Sequence record: NC_105587.1
Length of the DNA stretch: 64,000 bases
Direction: 5' to 3' (one strand)
DNA from: Escherichia phage EC100
Position numbers and translations under genes: made by a program. Positions 24,377-34,750 of the stretch are shown one piece after another (within the stretch, counting starts at the first letter, position 1; each line of letters begins with the position of its first letter). Below the pieces are notes generated by a model, which saw only the letters and a list, made by a program, of their open reading frames with translations, searched no databases and was not told the origin of the DNA.

Positions 24377-26944
24377 TTGAAAATCGCAGTAGTTGATAAA
24401 GCTCTAAATAACACTCGTTACGATAAATATTTCCAGCTATACGGCGAGGAAGTTGATGTATTTCATATGTGTAACGAGAAGTTATCTGGTCGTTTGCTTA
24501 AAAAGCACATTACTATTGGAACACCAGAAAACCCATTTGATCCGAATGATTATGATTTTGTTATACTGGTAGGTGCCGAACCTTTTCTGTACTTTGCAGG
24601 TAAGAAAGGTATTGGTGATTATACCGGTAAACGTGTAGAGTATAATGGATATGCTAACTGGATTGCGAGTATCAGCCCAGCCCAACTACACTTTAAACCT
24701 GAAATGAAACCAGTTTTCGATGCAACAGTAGAGAATATCCACGATATTATCAATGGTCGTGAGAAGATTGCAAAAGCTGGTGATTATCGTCCTATTACTG
24801 ACCCTGATGAGGCAGAAGAATATATCAAGATGGTGTATAATATGGTTATCGGACCTGTCGCATTCGACTCCGAAACCTCAGCACTATACTGTCGAGATGG
24901 TTATCTGCTCGGTGTTTCTATGTCTCACCAAGAGTATCAGGGTGTATATATCGATTCTGATTGTCTCACAGAGGTTGCAGTATATTATCTCCAGAAAATT
25001 CTGGATAGTGAAAACCACACTATTGTTTTTCACAACTTGAAGTTTGATATGCACTTTTATAAGTACCATCTGGGACTTACTTTTGATAAAGCGCATAAAG
25101 AACGCAGGCTTCATGATACCATGTTGCAACACTATGTTCTAGATGAACGTCGTGGTACTCATGGCTTGAAATCTCTAGCGATGAAGTACACCGATATGGG
25201 TGACTATGACTTCGAACTAGATAAGTTTAAAGATGATTACTGCAAAGCACATAAAATTAAGAAAGAAGATTTCAGTTATGATCTGATTCCTTTTGATATT
25301 ATGTGGCCATATGCTGCAAAAGATACAGATGCTACTCTACGTCTTCATAACTTCTTCTTACCAAAAATTGAGAAGAATGAAAAACTTTGCAGTCTGTATT
25401 ATGATGTTCTAATGCCTGGTTGTGTATTTCTCCAGCGTGTTGAGGATCGTGGTGTACCTATTTCTATTGATCGTTTAAAAGAAGCTCAGTACCAATTAAC
25501 CCATAATCTGAATAAAGCTCGTGAAAAGCTGTATACTTATCCAGAAGTAGTTCAGCTAGAGAAAGATCAGAACGAGGCATTTAACCCTAACTCTGTTAAG
25601 CAGCTACGTGTTCTTCTGTTTGACTATGTTGGCTTAACTCCAACAGGTAAACTGACGGATACTGGAGCAGACTCTACAGATGCAGAAGCTCTGAACGAAT
25701 TGTCTACGCAGCATCCAATTGCTAAGACTCTACTAGAGATTCGTAAGCTGACTAAGCTGATCTCTACTTATGTTGAGAAAATTCTTCTGAGCATTGATGC
25801 TGATGGTTGCATTCGTACTGGCTTCCACGAACACATGACTACTTCTGGTCGTCTGAGTTCTTCTGGTAAACTGAACCTGCAACAGTTACCTCGTGATGAA
25901 TCTATTATCAAGGGTTGTGTAGTAGCTCCTCCTGGGTATCGTGTAATTGCATGGGACTTAACAACTGCGGAAGTTTATTATGCTGCTGTTCTATCTGGTG
26001 ATAGAAATATGCAACAAGTATTTATCAACATGAGAAATGAACCAGATAAATACCCCGACTTCCACTCTAACATCGCACACATGGTATTTAAGCTCCAATG
26101 CGAGCCTCGTGATGTTAAAAAGTTATTCCCAGCTCTGCGTCAAGCAGCTAAAGCAATCACCTTTGGTATTCTGTATGGTTCTGGCCCAGCTAAAGTAGCT
26201 CATTCTGTTAACGAAGCTCTTCTGGAACAGGCTGCTAAGACAGGCGAACCGTTTGTAGAATGTACGGTTGCAGATGCGAAGGACTATATCGAAACTTACT
26301 TCGGTCAGTTCCCGCAGCTTAAGCGTTGGATTGATAAGTGCCATGATCAGATCAAGAATCATGGGTTTATCTATAGTCACTTTGGTCGTAAGCGTCGTCT
26401 GCACAATATCCACTCCGAAGACCGTGGTGTTCAGGGTGAAGAAATTCGTTCTGGATTTAACGCAATCATTCAGTCTGCTTCCTCTGATAGCCTCCTTTTA
26501 GGTGCTGTAGATGCAGATAATGAGATCATTTCTCTTGGCCTGGAACAAGAGATGAAGATTGTTATGCTGGTTCATGACTCCGTAGTTGCTATTGTTCGTG
26601 AAGATTTGATCGACCAATACAATGAAATCCTGATTCGTAATATCCAAAAAGACCGTGGTATTAGTATTCCTGGCTGTCCGATTGGTATTGATTCTGATTC
26701 TGAGGCTGGAGGTTCTCGTGACTATTCCTGTGGTAAGATGAAGAAGCAGCATCCATCAATCGCTTGTATTGATGATGATGAATATACTCGTTATGTCAAA
26801 GGTGTGTTACTTGATGCAGATTTCGAGTATAAGAAACTAGCTGCAATGGATAAAGAGCATCCAGATCATAGCAAATACAAGGATGATAAGTTTATTGCTG
26901 TATGTAAAGATTTGGATAACGTAAGAAGGATTCTCGGTGCTTGA
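24377..26944 (+). CDS. DNA polymerase, family A, with 3'-5' exonuclease domain
   Basis: 855 aa, TTG start with GAGGAG SD; exonuclease motif FDSET; polymerase motifs KAITFGILYG and VHDS. Confidence 0.9.
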   Translation: MKIAVVDKALNNTRYDKYFQLYGEEVDVFHMCNEKLSGRLLKKHITIGTPENPFDPNDYDFVILVGAEPFLYFAGKKGIGDYTGKRVEYNGYANWIASISPAQLHFKPEMKPVFDATVENIHDIINGREKIAKAGDYRPITDPDEAEEYIKMVYNMVIGPVAFDSETSALYCRDGYLLGVSMSHQEYQGVYIDSDCLTEVAVYYLQKILDSENHTIVFHNLKFDMHFYKYHLGLTFDKAHKERRLHDTMLQHYVLDERRGTHGLKSLAMKYTDMGDYDFELDKFKDDYCKAHKIKKEDFSYDLIPFDIMWPYAAKDTDATLRLHNFFLPKIEKNEKLCSLYYDVLMPGCVFLQRVEDRGVPISIDRLKEAQYQLTHNLNKAREKLYTYPEVVQLEKDQNEAFNPNSVKQLRVLLFDYVGLTPTGKLTDTGADSTDAEALNELSTQHPIAKTLLEIRKLTKLISTYVEKILLSIDADGCIRTGFHEHMTTSGRLSSSGKLNLQQLPRDESIIKGCVVAPPGYRVIAWDLTTAEVYYAAVLSGDRNMQQVFINMRNEPDKYPDFHSNIAHMVFKLQCEPRDVKKLFPALRQAAKAITFGILYGSGPAKVAHSVNEALLEQAAKTGEPFVECTVADAKDYIETYFGQFPQLKRWIDKCHDQIKNHGFIYSHFGRKRRLHNIHSEDRGVQGEEIRSGFNAIIQSASSDSLLLGAVDADNEIISLGLEQEMKIVMLVHDSVVAIVREDLIDQYNEILIRNIQKDRGISIPGCPIGIDSDSEAGGSRDYSCGKMKKQHPSIACIDDDEYTRYVKGVLLDADFEYKKLAAMDKEHPDHSKYKDDKFIAVCKDLDNVRRILGA

Positions 26945-27434
26945 TTTCAAATTGCCCGTCTATGCGTTACGGGCGTTTGTATCAATTGAGCAAGAAGGTG
27001 ATTATTCCGTAATTACAACAAGATATAATAAATATGTGCTAGATAACAGGAAGTTGCCTGGCACGTTTTCTCAACGTAGGCTTATTCTATTTGAGAAACG
27101 GAAAGAATTACCGTACAAGCTCTATCCTATTAGAGGTAGAATATCAATGTTGTCCCAATTAGTTGGGTCAAAGCGTAGCCAATTTATAGATTCTGATGGA
27201 AATCTTATTAATTGGAAGAAAACTACGTTCTATGATGTTGTTACCTCTAAAGTTTTGCATTCAGCTAGAATTTATAACGGAAAATACCAATGCTATGTAG
27301 CTAAAGTTCCATATCCATTTGTATTATCCTATGTTCCAGCGTATATAAGCTATATTCTGGTAAATAATAGCCCTGTTATTTATCAAGTCCATCAAGAGGA
27401 GCCTGAAATTCCTAGACTTAGAATAAAATTATGA
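26937..27434 (+). CDS. hypothetical protein
   Basis: 165-aa ORF, GTG start overlapping the polymerase stop. Confidence 0.4.
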   Translation: MLDFKLPVYALRAFVSIEQEGDYSVITTRYNKYVLDNRKLPGTFSQRRLILFEKRKELPYKLYPIRGRISMLSQLVGSKRSQFIDSDGNLINWKKTTFYDVVTSKVLHSARIYNGKYQCYVAKVPYPFVLSYVPAYISYILVNNSPVIYQVHQEEPEIPRLRIKL

Positions 27435-28783
27435 AGGTTGTTATATCTAATAAAGCCTATTTCAAGCCCGATGATGAACTTTGGGATTATTGTAGTAAGC
27501 AAACCACTTATCACATTGAGACAATGACTAGTAAATACCCTATTATGTATAAGAATAGTGGTGTTGTTGCTAAAGAGATTAAGTGGATTCCTATCACGCG
27601 TCTAGATTTACTAGATGCTAAAGGAGTAAAATACGAATTAGTCGATAAACGCACATTAGCCCCAGTAGATATACCAAAACCTAAGTTTAAGCTGCGTGAA
27701 GAAGACCAGCTCCCAATATATGAAGAGTGCGATGATACCTGTATTATTAATGGTAAGCCTGGATTTGGCAAAACTATCCTAGCCCTGGCACTTGCGTATA
27801 AATTTGGCCAGAAAACTTTGGTAATTTGTACCAACACATCTATTCGTGAAATGTGGGCGGCAGAAGTTCGTAAATGGTTTGGGTTCGAACCGGGCATTAT
27901 AGGTTCTGGGAAATACAATATTGATCCACCAATTGTAGTCAGTAATATTCAAACAGTAAATAAACATGCGAATAATCTTTCTAAAGTATTCGGTACTGTT
28001 ATAGTTGACGAAGTTCACCATTGTGTGGCTACAACTTTCACTAACTTCCTAGAAATATCATGTGCTCGCTATAAGATTGGACTATCTGGAACATTAAAAC
28101 GTAAAGATGGTCTACAAGTTATGTTCAAAGACTTCTTTGGATATAAGATCTTCAGCCCGCCTGTTAATAATACTGTTGCACCTACAATCCATAGGTACTC
28201 TGTACCTGTTGAGTTATCAGGAAATCAGAATGTGCCATGGGCATTACGTGCTAATGATGTGTACAACCATCCTGAATATCGAGAGACTATTATAAACTTA
28301 GCACACTTATACGTGAATATGGGGCATAAAGTACTCATTGTAAGTGACAGAACAGAGTTAATCCAAACAGTACTAGAAGCTCTCGCACAGCGTGGTGTTA
28401 CAACATATGAAATTATAGGGGCAACTCACTTAGATGACCGATTAAAAATTCAGGAAGATATAGCAAAAGGTGGACCTTGTGTACTTGCAGCAGCTCAAAG
28501 TATCTTCTCTGAAGGTATTTCCCTTAATGAGTTGTCTTGTTTAATAATGGGAAGTCTCATTAATAATGAATCTCTCATCGAACAGCTTGCAGGACGTGTT
28601 CAACGTATTGTCGATGGTAAACTAGACCCTATTGTTGTAGATCTAATTATGAAAGGTGGCACTGGACTAAGACAGGCTTCTGGACGTATGGCAGTATATC
28701 GTAACAACGGGTGGAAAACTATTACCATGACCCCTGAGAAAGCAGTTCAATTAGCTAAAATTGCATTTGGCAACAGCTCATAA
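27431..28783 (+). CDS. SF2 DEAH-box helicase (T5 D10-like)
   Basis: 450 aa; Walker A GKPGFGKT, motif II DEVHH, C-terminal helicase motifs. Confidence 0.8.
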   Translation: MKVVISNKAYFKPDDELWDYCSKQTTYHIETMTSKYPIMYKNSGVVAKEIKWIPITRLDLLDAKGVKYELVDKRTLAPVDIPKPKFKLREEDQLPIYEECDDTCIINGKPGFGKTILALALAYKFGQKTLVICTNTSIREMWAAEVRKWFGFEPGIIGSGKYNIDPPIVVSNIQTVNKHANNLSKVFGTVIVDEVHHCVATTFTNFLEISCARYKIGLSGTLKRKDGLQVMFKDFFGYKIFSPPVNNTVAPTIHRYSVPVELSGNQNVPWALRANDVYNHPEYRETIINLAHLYVNMGHKVLIVSDRTELIQTVLEALAQRGVTTYEIIGATHLDDRLKIQEDIAKGGPCVLAAAQSIFSEGISLNELSCLIMGSLINNESLIEQLAGRVQRIVDGKLDPIVVDLIMKGGTGLRQASGRMAVYRNNGWKTITMTPEKAVQLAKIAFGNSS

Positions 28784-28795
28784 ATGATGTATAAT
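28767..28795 (+). promoter_or_regulatory. sigma70-type promoter, TTGGCA-17-TATAAT, first of a tandem pair
   Basis: Followed by the conserved leader ATAAATTTGAGAGAG but no ORF. Confidence 0.45.
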
Positions 28796-28866
28796 ATATA
28801 CATAAATTTGAGAGAGAAAGTTTCGGATTGATAAGAAAGTCCGAAGCAGAAAAATAAAAATTTTAG

Positions 28867-28896
28867 TTGCTAAATTCTCTCGAAATCTAGTATAAT
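28867..28896 (+). promoter_or_regulatory. cassette promoter, TTGCTA-18-TATAAT
   Basis: Followed by leader ATAAATTCGAGGAG. Confidence 0.5.
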
Positions 28897-29003
28897 ATAT
28901 ACATAAATTCGAGGAGAAAATAAAAATTAAATTCTTCGATTATGAAAAGCTATACTTACTAGCTAGAGGAAATTCCGACCTAATTATTAAGCTATTCAAA
29001 AGA

Positions 29004-29288
29004 ATGCTTACAGAGCCTGATGCTCACCAATTATTGGTCGGTCCCTCATTCATTTTGAATGAATCAACTATTGTTGATAATCCAAATAAATTGTCTAATA
29101 GACAACTGGCAGAATATCTAGGAATTTTAAGTCTACGAAATTATGCCGAATACAAGTTTACAAACGATCCTAGTTTGGACATACAATATGTTCCAGTATG
29201 GATACCACGTTTAGTAATCGACACTAACCCACTAATCGCAATTAACAAATCGAAATTAATCTTTAAAGAGGAAATAAAATATGGCTAA
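29004..29288 (+). CDS. hypothetical protein
   Basis: 94-aa ORF with weak SD overlapping the next gene start. Confidence 0.3.
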   Translation: MLTEPDAHQLLVGPSFILNESTIVDNPNKLSNRQLAEYLGILSLRNYAEYKFTNDPSLDIQYVPVWIPRLVIDTNPLIAINKSKLIFKEEIKYG

Positions 29289-30054
29289 GTCTTGGGGCGA
29301 AACTACTGGCGGTTCTAACGATAAAATCGAATTCCTGAAGTTCAACAACGGTATCACTCGTGTTCGTATCGTTTCTGGTGTTCTTCCACGTTATGTCTAT
29401 TGGCTGACCAATAAAGAGGGTAACGTAGCTCCTTTCGAATGTCTCCGTTTTAACCGTGACAAAGAGAGCTTTGTTCGTGGTAAAGCTGATCCGGTTCATG
29501 AGATGGGCTTCTTCGAGAAAGAGCTGGATAAAGACGGTAATCGTGTTCCGCTGAAACCGAAGAAAAACTATATCGCTTTTGTTATCGACCGTTCTGATAA
29601 CAAACTGAAAGTAATGGAAGTCAAGGCTACTATTCTGAAAGGCATCCAGTCTATCATGAAGCAGCTGAGCCTGGCAACTCCGTTTGATATTGATATTTCT
29701 ATCGAGAAAAAAGGTAAAGGTTTCGATACTGAGTATGATGTACAGCAGATTGCTGCTATGCAGTTCCAGATTAAGCTGCAAGATCCTAACAGTGCAGAAT
29801 CTAAGCAATATGCTGCAGATGTAGATCTGATCGGTGAAGCTATGTGTGATGAAGATGGCGACATCATTAAGTTCGAAAAAGTTCCTTCTCTGGAACAAAC
29901 CTATCCGGTTCCTACCTATGAAGAGCAGAAAGAAGCAATTCAAGCCTTCATGGAGGGTCGTGAGAATAAAGATGATGATGCCAAATCTGGTAATAGCAAT
30001 GCAGGCTCCCAGAAAGGTATTGACACAGAAGCTGCAAGCGATCTGGATGACTAA
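29281..30054 (+). CDS. hypothetical early protein with acidic C-terminal tail, possibly ssDNA-binding
   Basis: 257 aa; strong SD AAGAGGAAA; codon bias like highly expressed genes; C-terminus DTEAASDLDD; located between helicase and SbcCD-like genes. Confidence 0.5.
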   Translation: MAKSWGETTGGSNDKIEFLKFNNGITRVRIVSGVLPRYVYWLTNKEGNVAPFECLRFNRDKESFVRGKADPVHEMGFFEKELDKDGNRVPLKPKKNYIAFVIDRSDNKLKVMEVKATILKGIQSIMKQLSLATPFDIDISIEKKGKGFDTEYDVQQIAAMQFQIKLQDPNSAESKQYAADVDLIGEAMCDEDGDIIKFEKVPSLEQTYPVPTYEEQKEAIQAFMEGRENKDDDAKSGNSNAGSQKGIDTEAASDLDD

Positions 30055-30059
30055 TAAAT

Positions 30060-30085
30060 AGAGGGGCTTCGGCCCCTTTCTTTTT
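30060..30085 (+). terminator. rho-independent terminator or attenuator just upstream of sbcD
   Basis: AGGGGC-ttcg-GCCCCT hairpin followed by TTCTTTTT, 6 nt before the sbcD ATG. Confidence 0.65.
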
Positions 30086-30090
30086 AACCA

Positions 30091-31068
30091 ATGAGAATAT
30101 TATTTAGTGCTGATCATCATATCAAACTAGGACAAGATAAAGTTCCAAAGGAATGGCAGAAGCGTCGCTTCCTGATGCTAGGAGAACGGTTAAATGATAT
30201 ATTCCATAATCATAACTGTGATCTTCATATTGCTGGTGGTGATATACTTGATGTTGCCGACCCGTCGTCAGAAGAAATAGAACTGCTTGAACAGTTCATG
30301 TCAAGACTCGACCATCCAGGCAAAATCTTTACTGGAAATCATGAAATGCTAACTAAAACCATTTCATGTCTATATCACTATGCAGGAGTTATTAATAAAG
30401 TAACTAGTGGGAAGTGGGAAGTAATTACCAAACCATATCGTTCTCCTGAATTTGATATTGTTCCATATGATGAGATCCATAAATCTAAGTGGAAATCTCC
30501 TGAATCAAAACTATGTTTCACACATGTTCGTGGTGAAATCCCTCCACATGTAAAACCAGAAATTGATCTAACTAAGTACAACTGTTATGATACTGTAATT
30601 GCTGGTGATTTACATTCTTATACTAATAGCCAGACTATCGGACCTACTAGACTTCTCTACCCAGGGTCTCCATTAACTACGTCGTTCCATAGAGAACGCA
30701 CAAAAGGTACAAATGGTTGCTTTATCGTTGATACCGACACATTAAAAGTAGAATGGATTGAACTAGGTGATTTACCTCAACTGATTCGTAAAACAATCGG
30801 AGTTGGTGAAGAGATGGAACCTAGTGATTATGATCGTGTAGTCTATGAAGTTACTGGTGACGTTGTTCAATTAAAGTCTATCAAAGACTCTGATTTATTA
30901 GATAAGAAGATTAACCATCGAGTTACTAAAGACGCTAAGTTAAATCTTGTTGATCTTGATATGTTAGGTGAACTTGAACTTTACTTCCGTGAAGTTGAGA
31001 AGCTATCTCAAGGCGACATTGATAGAATCTTGGCTAGAGCTGCGAAATATGTCAAAGATTACAATTAA
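30091..31068 (+). CDS. sbcD: SbcD/Mre11-like nuclease subunit
   Basis: 325 aa; calcineurin-like phosphoesterase motifs DHH, GGD, GNHE. Confidence 0.85.
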   Translation: MRILFSADHHIKLGQDKVPKEWQKRRFLMLGERLNDIFHNHNCDLHIAGGDILDVADPSSEEIELLEQFMSRLDHPGKIFTGNHEMLTKTISCLYHYAGVINKVTSGKWEVITKPYRSPEFDIVPYDEIHKSKWKSPESKLCFTHVRGEIPPHVKPEIDLTKYNCYDTVIAGDLHSYTNSQTIGPTRLLYPGSPLTTSFHRERTKGTNGCFIVDTDTLKVEWIELGDLPQLIRKTIGVGEEMEPSDYDRVVYEVTGDVVQLKSIKDSDLLDKKINHRVTKDAKLNLVDLDMLGELELYFREVEKLSQGDIDRILARAAKYVKDYN

Positions 31069-32887
31069 GACACTAAAATTTAGTAACGTTATGTCTTACG
31101 GTAAGGACATCGTAATCCATTTCGATAAGAATCCAGTTACTCAACTAATTGGTGGCAATGGGCTAGGGAAATCCACCATCGCTACGGTTATCGAGGAATT
31201 GTTTTATAACAAGAACTCACGGGGTATTAAGAAGGATGCTCTGTTCTCTTGGTCTTCCCCGAAAAAAGAGTATGATATGCACGCTTATTTCTCGAAAGAT
31301 GAAGATGAGTATGAACTGCATAAAGTAGTTAAGTCAACTGCTAAAGTAACTCTTATTAAGAATGGGGAAGATATTAGTGGGCACACGGCAACCCAAACAT
31401 ACAAGATGATTGAAGAGATTATGGGTGGTGACTTCCAAACATTCACCAAACTAATTTATCAATCAGTAGGTTCCAATCTAGACTTTCTAAAAGCAACAGA
31501 TGCAACACGTAAGGCTTTTCTTGTTAACTTGTTCAATCAAGAACAGTACAAAGAAATGTCAGAAACTATTAAGGCAGACCGTAAAGAAATAGCAAATACC
31601 TTAAATAATTTGCAGGGCCAAATGGCTGTAATTACGAAAATCCTTGATGGAAAGAATAATCTAGGAACTTTGCAGGAACCTGTAGAAGTACCAGAGTTTG
31701 ATGAAGAGCCATTAGCACAAGAACTTACTAAATCGAAAATTAAGGCGGCATTAGCCAAGTCTCAAGAGGCTAATATTACTAAATTGCGTAATTTGGACAA
31801 AGCTGTACAAGTTGCCGAACAATCTTTCGAGCCTTTCAAAAATTTACCCGCGCCCACTGACCAAAATGAAGAGATCTCGAGTGTTACGCGTGACCTAACG
31901 ATTGTGACCTCACGTGCGGGCGAAGTTAAGAAACGTTATCAGAAGTTCAAGCAAGAGGCTTCAAATACTGAATGTCCTACCTGTGGTACTCATCTGGATA
32001 CAACTGCTGCGCAAAAAGCAATGGATATGGCTAGAACAGAATATGATCCTCTGTTCAAAGAGAAGCAATCTCTTGAAGCTAAGCTAGAACAGTTGAAGAA
32101 AGAACAACTTGAGTACGTTGCATATACTAGAGCAAAAGATGCTTTGGATAAGGCAGTAGCAGCTAGAGACGAATTCAAGAATTCAATGAGTGATACTTCT
32201 TTTGAAGAACTCAATGTGCAAAACCTACAGGTGCAAATCCGACAACTAGAACAGGAAATCGCCGATGGCCGTTCTAAGGTTGCAATTGCCAAAGAGCATA
32301 ATGCAAATGTTGAATTAGCCAATGCAAAATATAAAGCGAAACTAGAACAGATTGAGAAAGCTGAGGCAGAAATGTCTGAGATTACTTCCAAACTGGATGG
32401 AGTATCAGAAGCTGTTGCTGATCTCGATATTCTGATCGCCGCATTGAAAAATCTGGTAGGGTATAAACTAGAGCATAGTGTGAAAGTATTTGAAGAGCTT
32501 ATCAATAAATATCTTTCTATTATGACTGGCGGTAAATTCGCACTTGGATTTGAACTTGATGAAACAAAATTACAAGTAGTAATCTTCAATGATGGAAACC
32601 GTACTAGTATGGAGAACTGCTCCACTGGTCAGCAAAGTCGAATCAATCTAGCAACCCTGTTAGCTATTCGGATGCTGTTAACATCTATTAGTAAAGTTAA
32701 TATTAATCTTCTATTCCTTGATGAAGTAATTAGCTTTATTGATACAAAAGGACTTGATACTCTCGTTGAACTATTAAATGAGGAAGAAAGTCTAAATTCT
32801 ATCATTGTTTCTCATGGGCATACGCATCCATTAGCCCATAAGATTACTGTTAAAAAAGATGCAGAAGGATTTTCCTACTTAGAATAA
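31049..32887 (+). CDS. sbcC: SbcC/Rad50-like ATPase subunit
   Basis: ATG 31049 (ORF-track start 30968 is upstream in-frame); Walker A GGNGLGKST, long coiled coil, ABC signature STGQQS and Walker B LLFLDE. Confidence 0.85.
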   Translation: MSKITIKTLKFSNVMSYGKDIVIHFDKNPVTQLIGGNGLGKSTIATVIEELFYNKNSRGIKKDALFSWSSPKKEYDMHAYFSKDEDEYELHKVVKSTAKVTLIKNGEDISGHTATQTYKMIEEIMGGDFQTFTKLIYQSVGSNLDFLKATDATRKAFLVNLFNQEQYKEMSETIKADRKEIANTLNNLQGQMAVITKILDGKNNLGTLQEPVEVPEFDEEPLAQELTKSKIKAALAKSQEANITKLRNLDKAVQVAEQSFEPFKNLPAPTDQNEEISSVTRDLTIVTSRAGEVKKRYQKFKQEASNTECPTCGTHLDTTAAQKAMDMARTEYDPLFKEKQSLEAKLEQLKKEQLEYVAYTRAKDALDKAVAARDEFKNSMSDTSFEELNVQNLQVQIRQLEQEIADGRSKVAIAKEHNANVELANAKYKAKLEQIEKAEAEMSEITSKLDGVSEAVADLDILIAALKNLVGYKLEHSVKVFEELINKYLSIMTGGKFALGFELDETKLQVVIFNDGNRTSMENCSTGQQSRINLATLLAIRMLLTSISKVNINLLFLDEVISFIDTKGLDTLVELLNEEESLNSIIVSHGHTHPLAHKITVKKDAEGFSYLE

Positions 32888-32890
32888 AAC

Positions 32891-33373
32891 ATGGCCGTAG
32901 ATAGTAGAGAGAAAGGTAAGCGTGGTGAATATCAGGTAAGAGATATTCTACGTGAGCGTACAGGTCTTGAGTGGGAACGTGTTCCTGGCTCTGGTGCTTT
33001 TGGCCAGAGCCACGGATTGAAGGGTGACATCTACCTTCCACCACAAAGCGGACACATTAGTAAATACTGCTTCGAAGTTAAGTGGTATAAAGATGATAAT
33101 ATATCAAGTAATTTATTTAATGTTGGTGAATCCACTCTAGAGAAGTGGTGGCAGCAGTGCTCACGTGAAGGCGAGCAGATGAACTCCAAACCTGCATTAA
33201 TATTCAAAAAAGACAGAGGACAGTGGTTAATAGCTTTGGATAGCTCAGACCCGATGGTTGACAACTTAATGAGTCGTACCCATATGGTGTTAAATAAGAA
33301 AGGCATGGAAATCGTAATCGGTTTATTTGAGCCGTGGCTACATAATGCATCTGTTGAGGACTTAATTAAATAA
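32891..33373 (+). CDS. putative Hjc-like / PD-(D/E)xK nuclease
   Basis: 160 aa; pattern GKRGEY...VPGSG...GDIYL...FEVKW resembles archaeal Hjc-type resolvase core. Confidence 0.4.
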   Translation: MAVDSREKGKRGEYQVRDILRERTGLEWERVPGSGAFGQSHGLKGDIYLPPQSGHISKYCFEVKWYKDDNISSNLFNVGESTLEKWWQQCSREGEQMNSKPALIFKKDRGQWLIALDSSDPMVDNLMSRTHMVLNKKGMEIVIGLFEPWLHNASVEDLIK

Positions 33374-34248
33374 TGAGCAAATCCTGGGGAAAATTTATTG
33401 AAGAAGAGGAAGCTGAAATGGCTTCCCGTCGTAACCTAATGATTGTCGATGGAACTAACTTAGGCTTTCGCTTCAAACATAACAACAGTAAAAAACCATT
33501 TGCCTCAAGTTATGTTTCAACTATTCAATCTTTAGCAAAATCCTACTCCGCAAGAACTACGATTGTTCTAGGTGATAAGGGGAAATCTGTATTTCGTCTA
33601 GAACATCTACCAGAGTATAAAGGTAATCGTGATGAAAAATACTCACAACGTACAGAGGAAGAGAAAGCACTGGATGAACAGTTCTTTGAGTACCTGCGTG
33701 ATGCTTTCGAGTTGTGTGAAACCACATTCCCAACTTTTACCATTCGTGGTGTAGAAGCTGATGATATGGCAGCTTATATTGTTAAGCTCATCGGGCATCT
33801 TTATGATCACGTTTGGTTGATTTCTACCGATGGTGACTGGGATACTTTATTAACGGATAAAGTTTCCCGATTTTCTTTTACTACACGTCGTGAGTATCAT
33901 CTTCGTGATATGTATGAACATCATAATGTTGATGATGTTGAGCAGTTTATTTCCCTGAAAGCAATTATGGGAGATCTAGGGGATAATATCCGTGGTGTTG
34001 AAGGTATTGGGGCAAAACGCGGGTATAACATTATTCGTGAATTCGGTAACGTTCTGGATATTATTGATCAGCTTCCACTACCCGGAAAACAGAAATATAT
34101 ACAGAATTTAAATGCTTCGGAAGAATTGCTTTACCGAAACCTAATTCTGGTTGATTTACCTACCTACTGTGTGGATGCTATTGCTGCTGTAGGTCAAGAC
34201 GTATTAGATAAGTTTACAAAAGATATTTTGGAGATTGCAGAACAATGA
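33373..34248 (+). CDS. 5'-3' exonuclease / flap endonuclease (T5 D15-like)
   Basis: 291 aa; FEN-family N-terminus LMIVDGTNLGFRF, acidic active-site clusters, HhH-like GIGAKRG. Confidence 0.9.
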   Translation: MSKSWGKFIEEEEAEMASRRNLMIVDGTNLGFRFKHNNSKKPFASSYVSTIQSLAKSYSARTTIVLGDKGKSVFRLEHLPEYKGNRDEKYSQRTEEEKALDEQFFEYLRDAFELCETTFPTFTIRGVEADDMAAYIVKLIGHLYDHVWLISTDGDWDTLLTDKVSRFSFTTRREYHLRDMYEHHNVDDVEQFISLKAIMGDLGDNIRGVEGIGAKRGYNIIREFGNVLDIIDQLPLPGKQKYIQNLNASEELLYRNLILVDLPTYCVDAIAAVGQDVLDKFTKDILEIAEQ

Positions 34249-34691
34249 TTAAAATTAAGTTAACTCATCCAGATTGTATGCCTAAGATTGGATCTGAAGA
34301 TGCCGCAGGTATGGATCTGCGAGCATTCTTTGGTACTAACCCTGCAGCGGATTTACGTGCTATTGCACCCGGCAAATCCCTGATGATTGACACCGGTGTC
34401 GCGGTAGAAATTCCGCGAGGTTGGTTCGGTTTGGTAGTTCCGCGTAGTTCTCTAGGAAAGCGTCATCTGATGATTGCAAATACCGCGGGGGTGATTGATT
34501 CAGACTATCGTGGTACTATTAAGATGAACTTGTTCAATTACGGTTCTGAAATTCAAACTCTGGAGAATTTTGAAAGACTTTGTCAGTTAGTGGTACTACC
34601 GCATTACTCAACCCATAATTTTAAAATCGTTGACAAACTAGGAGAGACTGATCGTGGTGAAGGTGGGTTTGGAAGTTCGGGAAGCAAATAA
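34245..34691 (+). CDS. dut: dUTPase
   Basis: 148 aa; dUTPase motifs AAGMDLRA, VPRSSLG, GVIDSDYRG and C-terminal RGEGGFGSSG. Confidence 0.9.
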   Translation: MIKIKLTHPDCMPKIGSEDAAGMDLRAFFGTNPAADLRAIAPGKSLMIDTGVAVEIPRGWFGLVVPRSSLGKRHLMIANTAGVIDSDYRGTIKMNLFNYGSEIQTLENFERLCQLVVLPHYSTHNFKIVDKLGETDRGEGGFGSSGSK

Positions 34692-34715
34692 CCTACATAT
34701 CAAATAAATAATAAA

Positions 34716-34750
34716 CCCCAGAGGATTTTGTCCTCTGGGGTTTTCTTTTA
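34716..34750. terminator. bidirectional rho-independent terminator between convergent early and late operons
   Basis: 10-bp perfect stem CCCCAGAGGA / TCCTCTGGGG flanked by an A-run upstream and T-run downstream. Confidence 0.75.

Noticed and set aside
29263-29943. 226-aa minus-strand ORF
   Set aside because: Antisense to the 29281-30054 gene, which has a strong SD and promoter; no expression signals on the minus strand.
31990-32625. 211-aa minus-strand ORF inside the sbcC-like gene
   Set aside because: Ser/Ala-rich antisense translation of the coiled-coil region; the SbcC frame has Walker and signature motifs.
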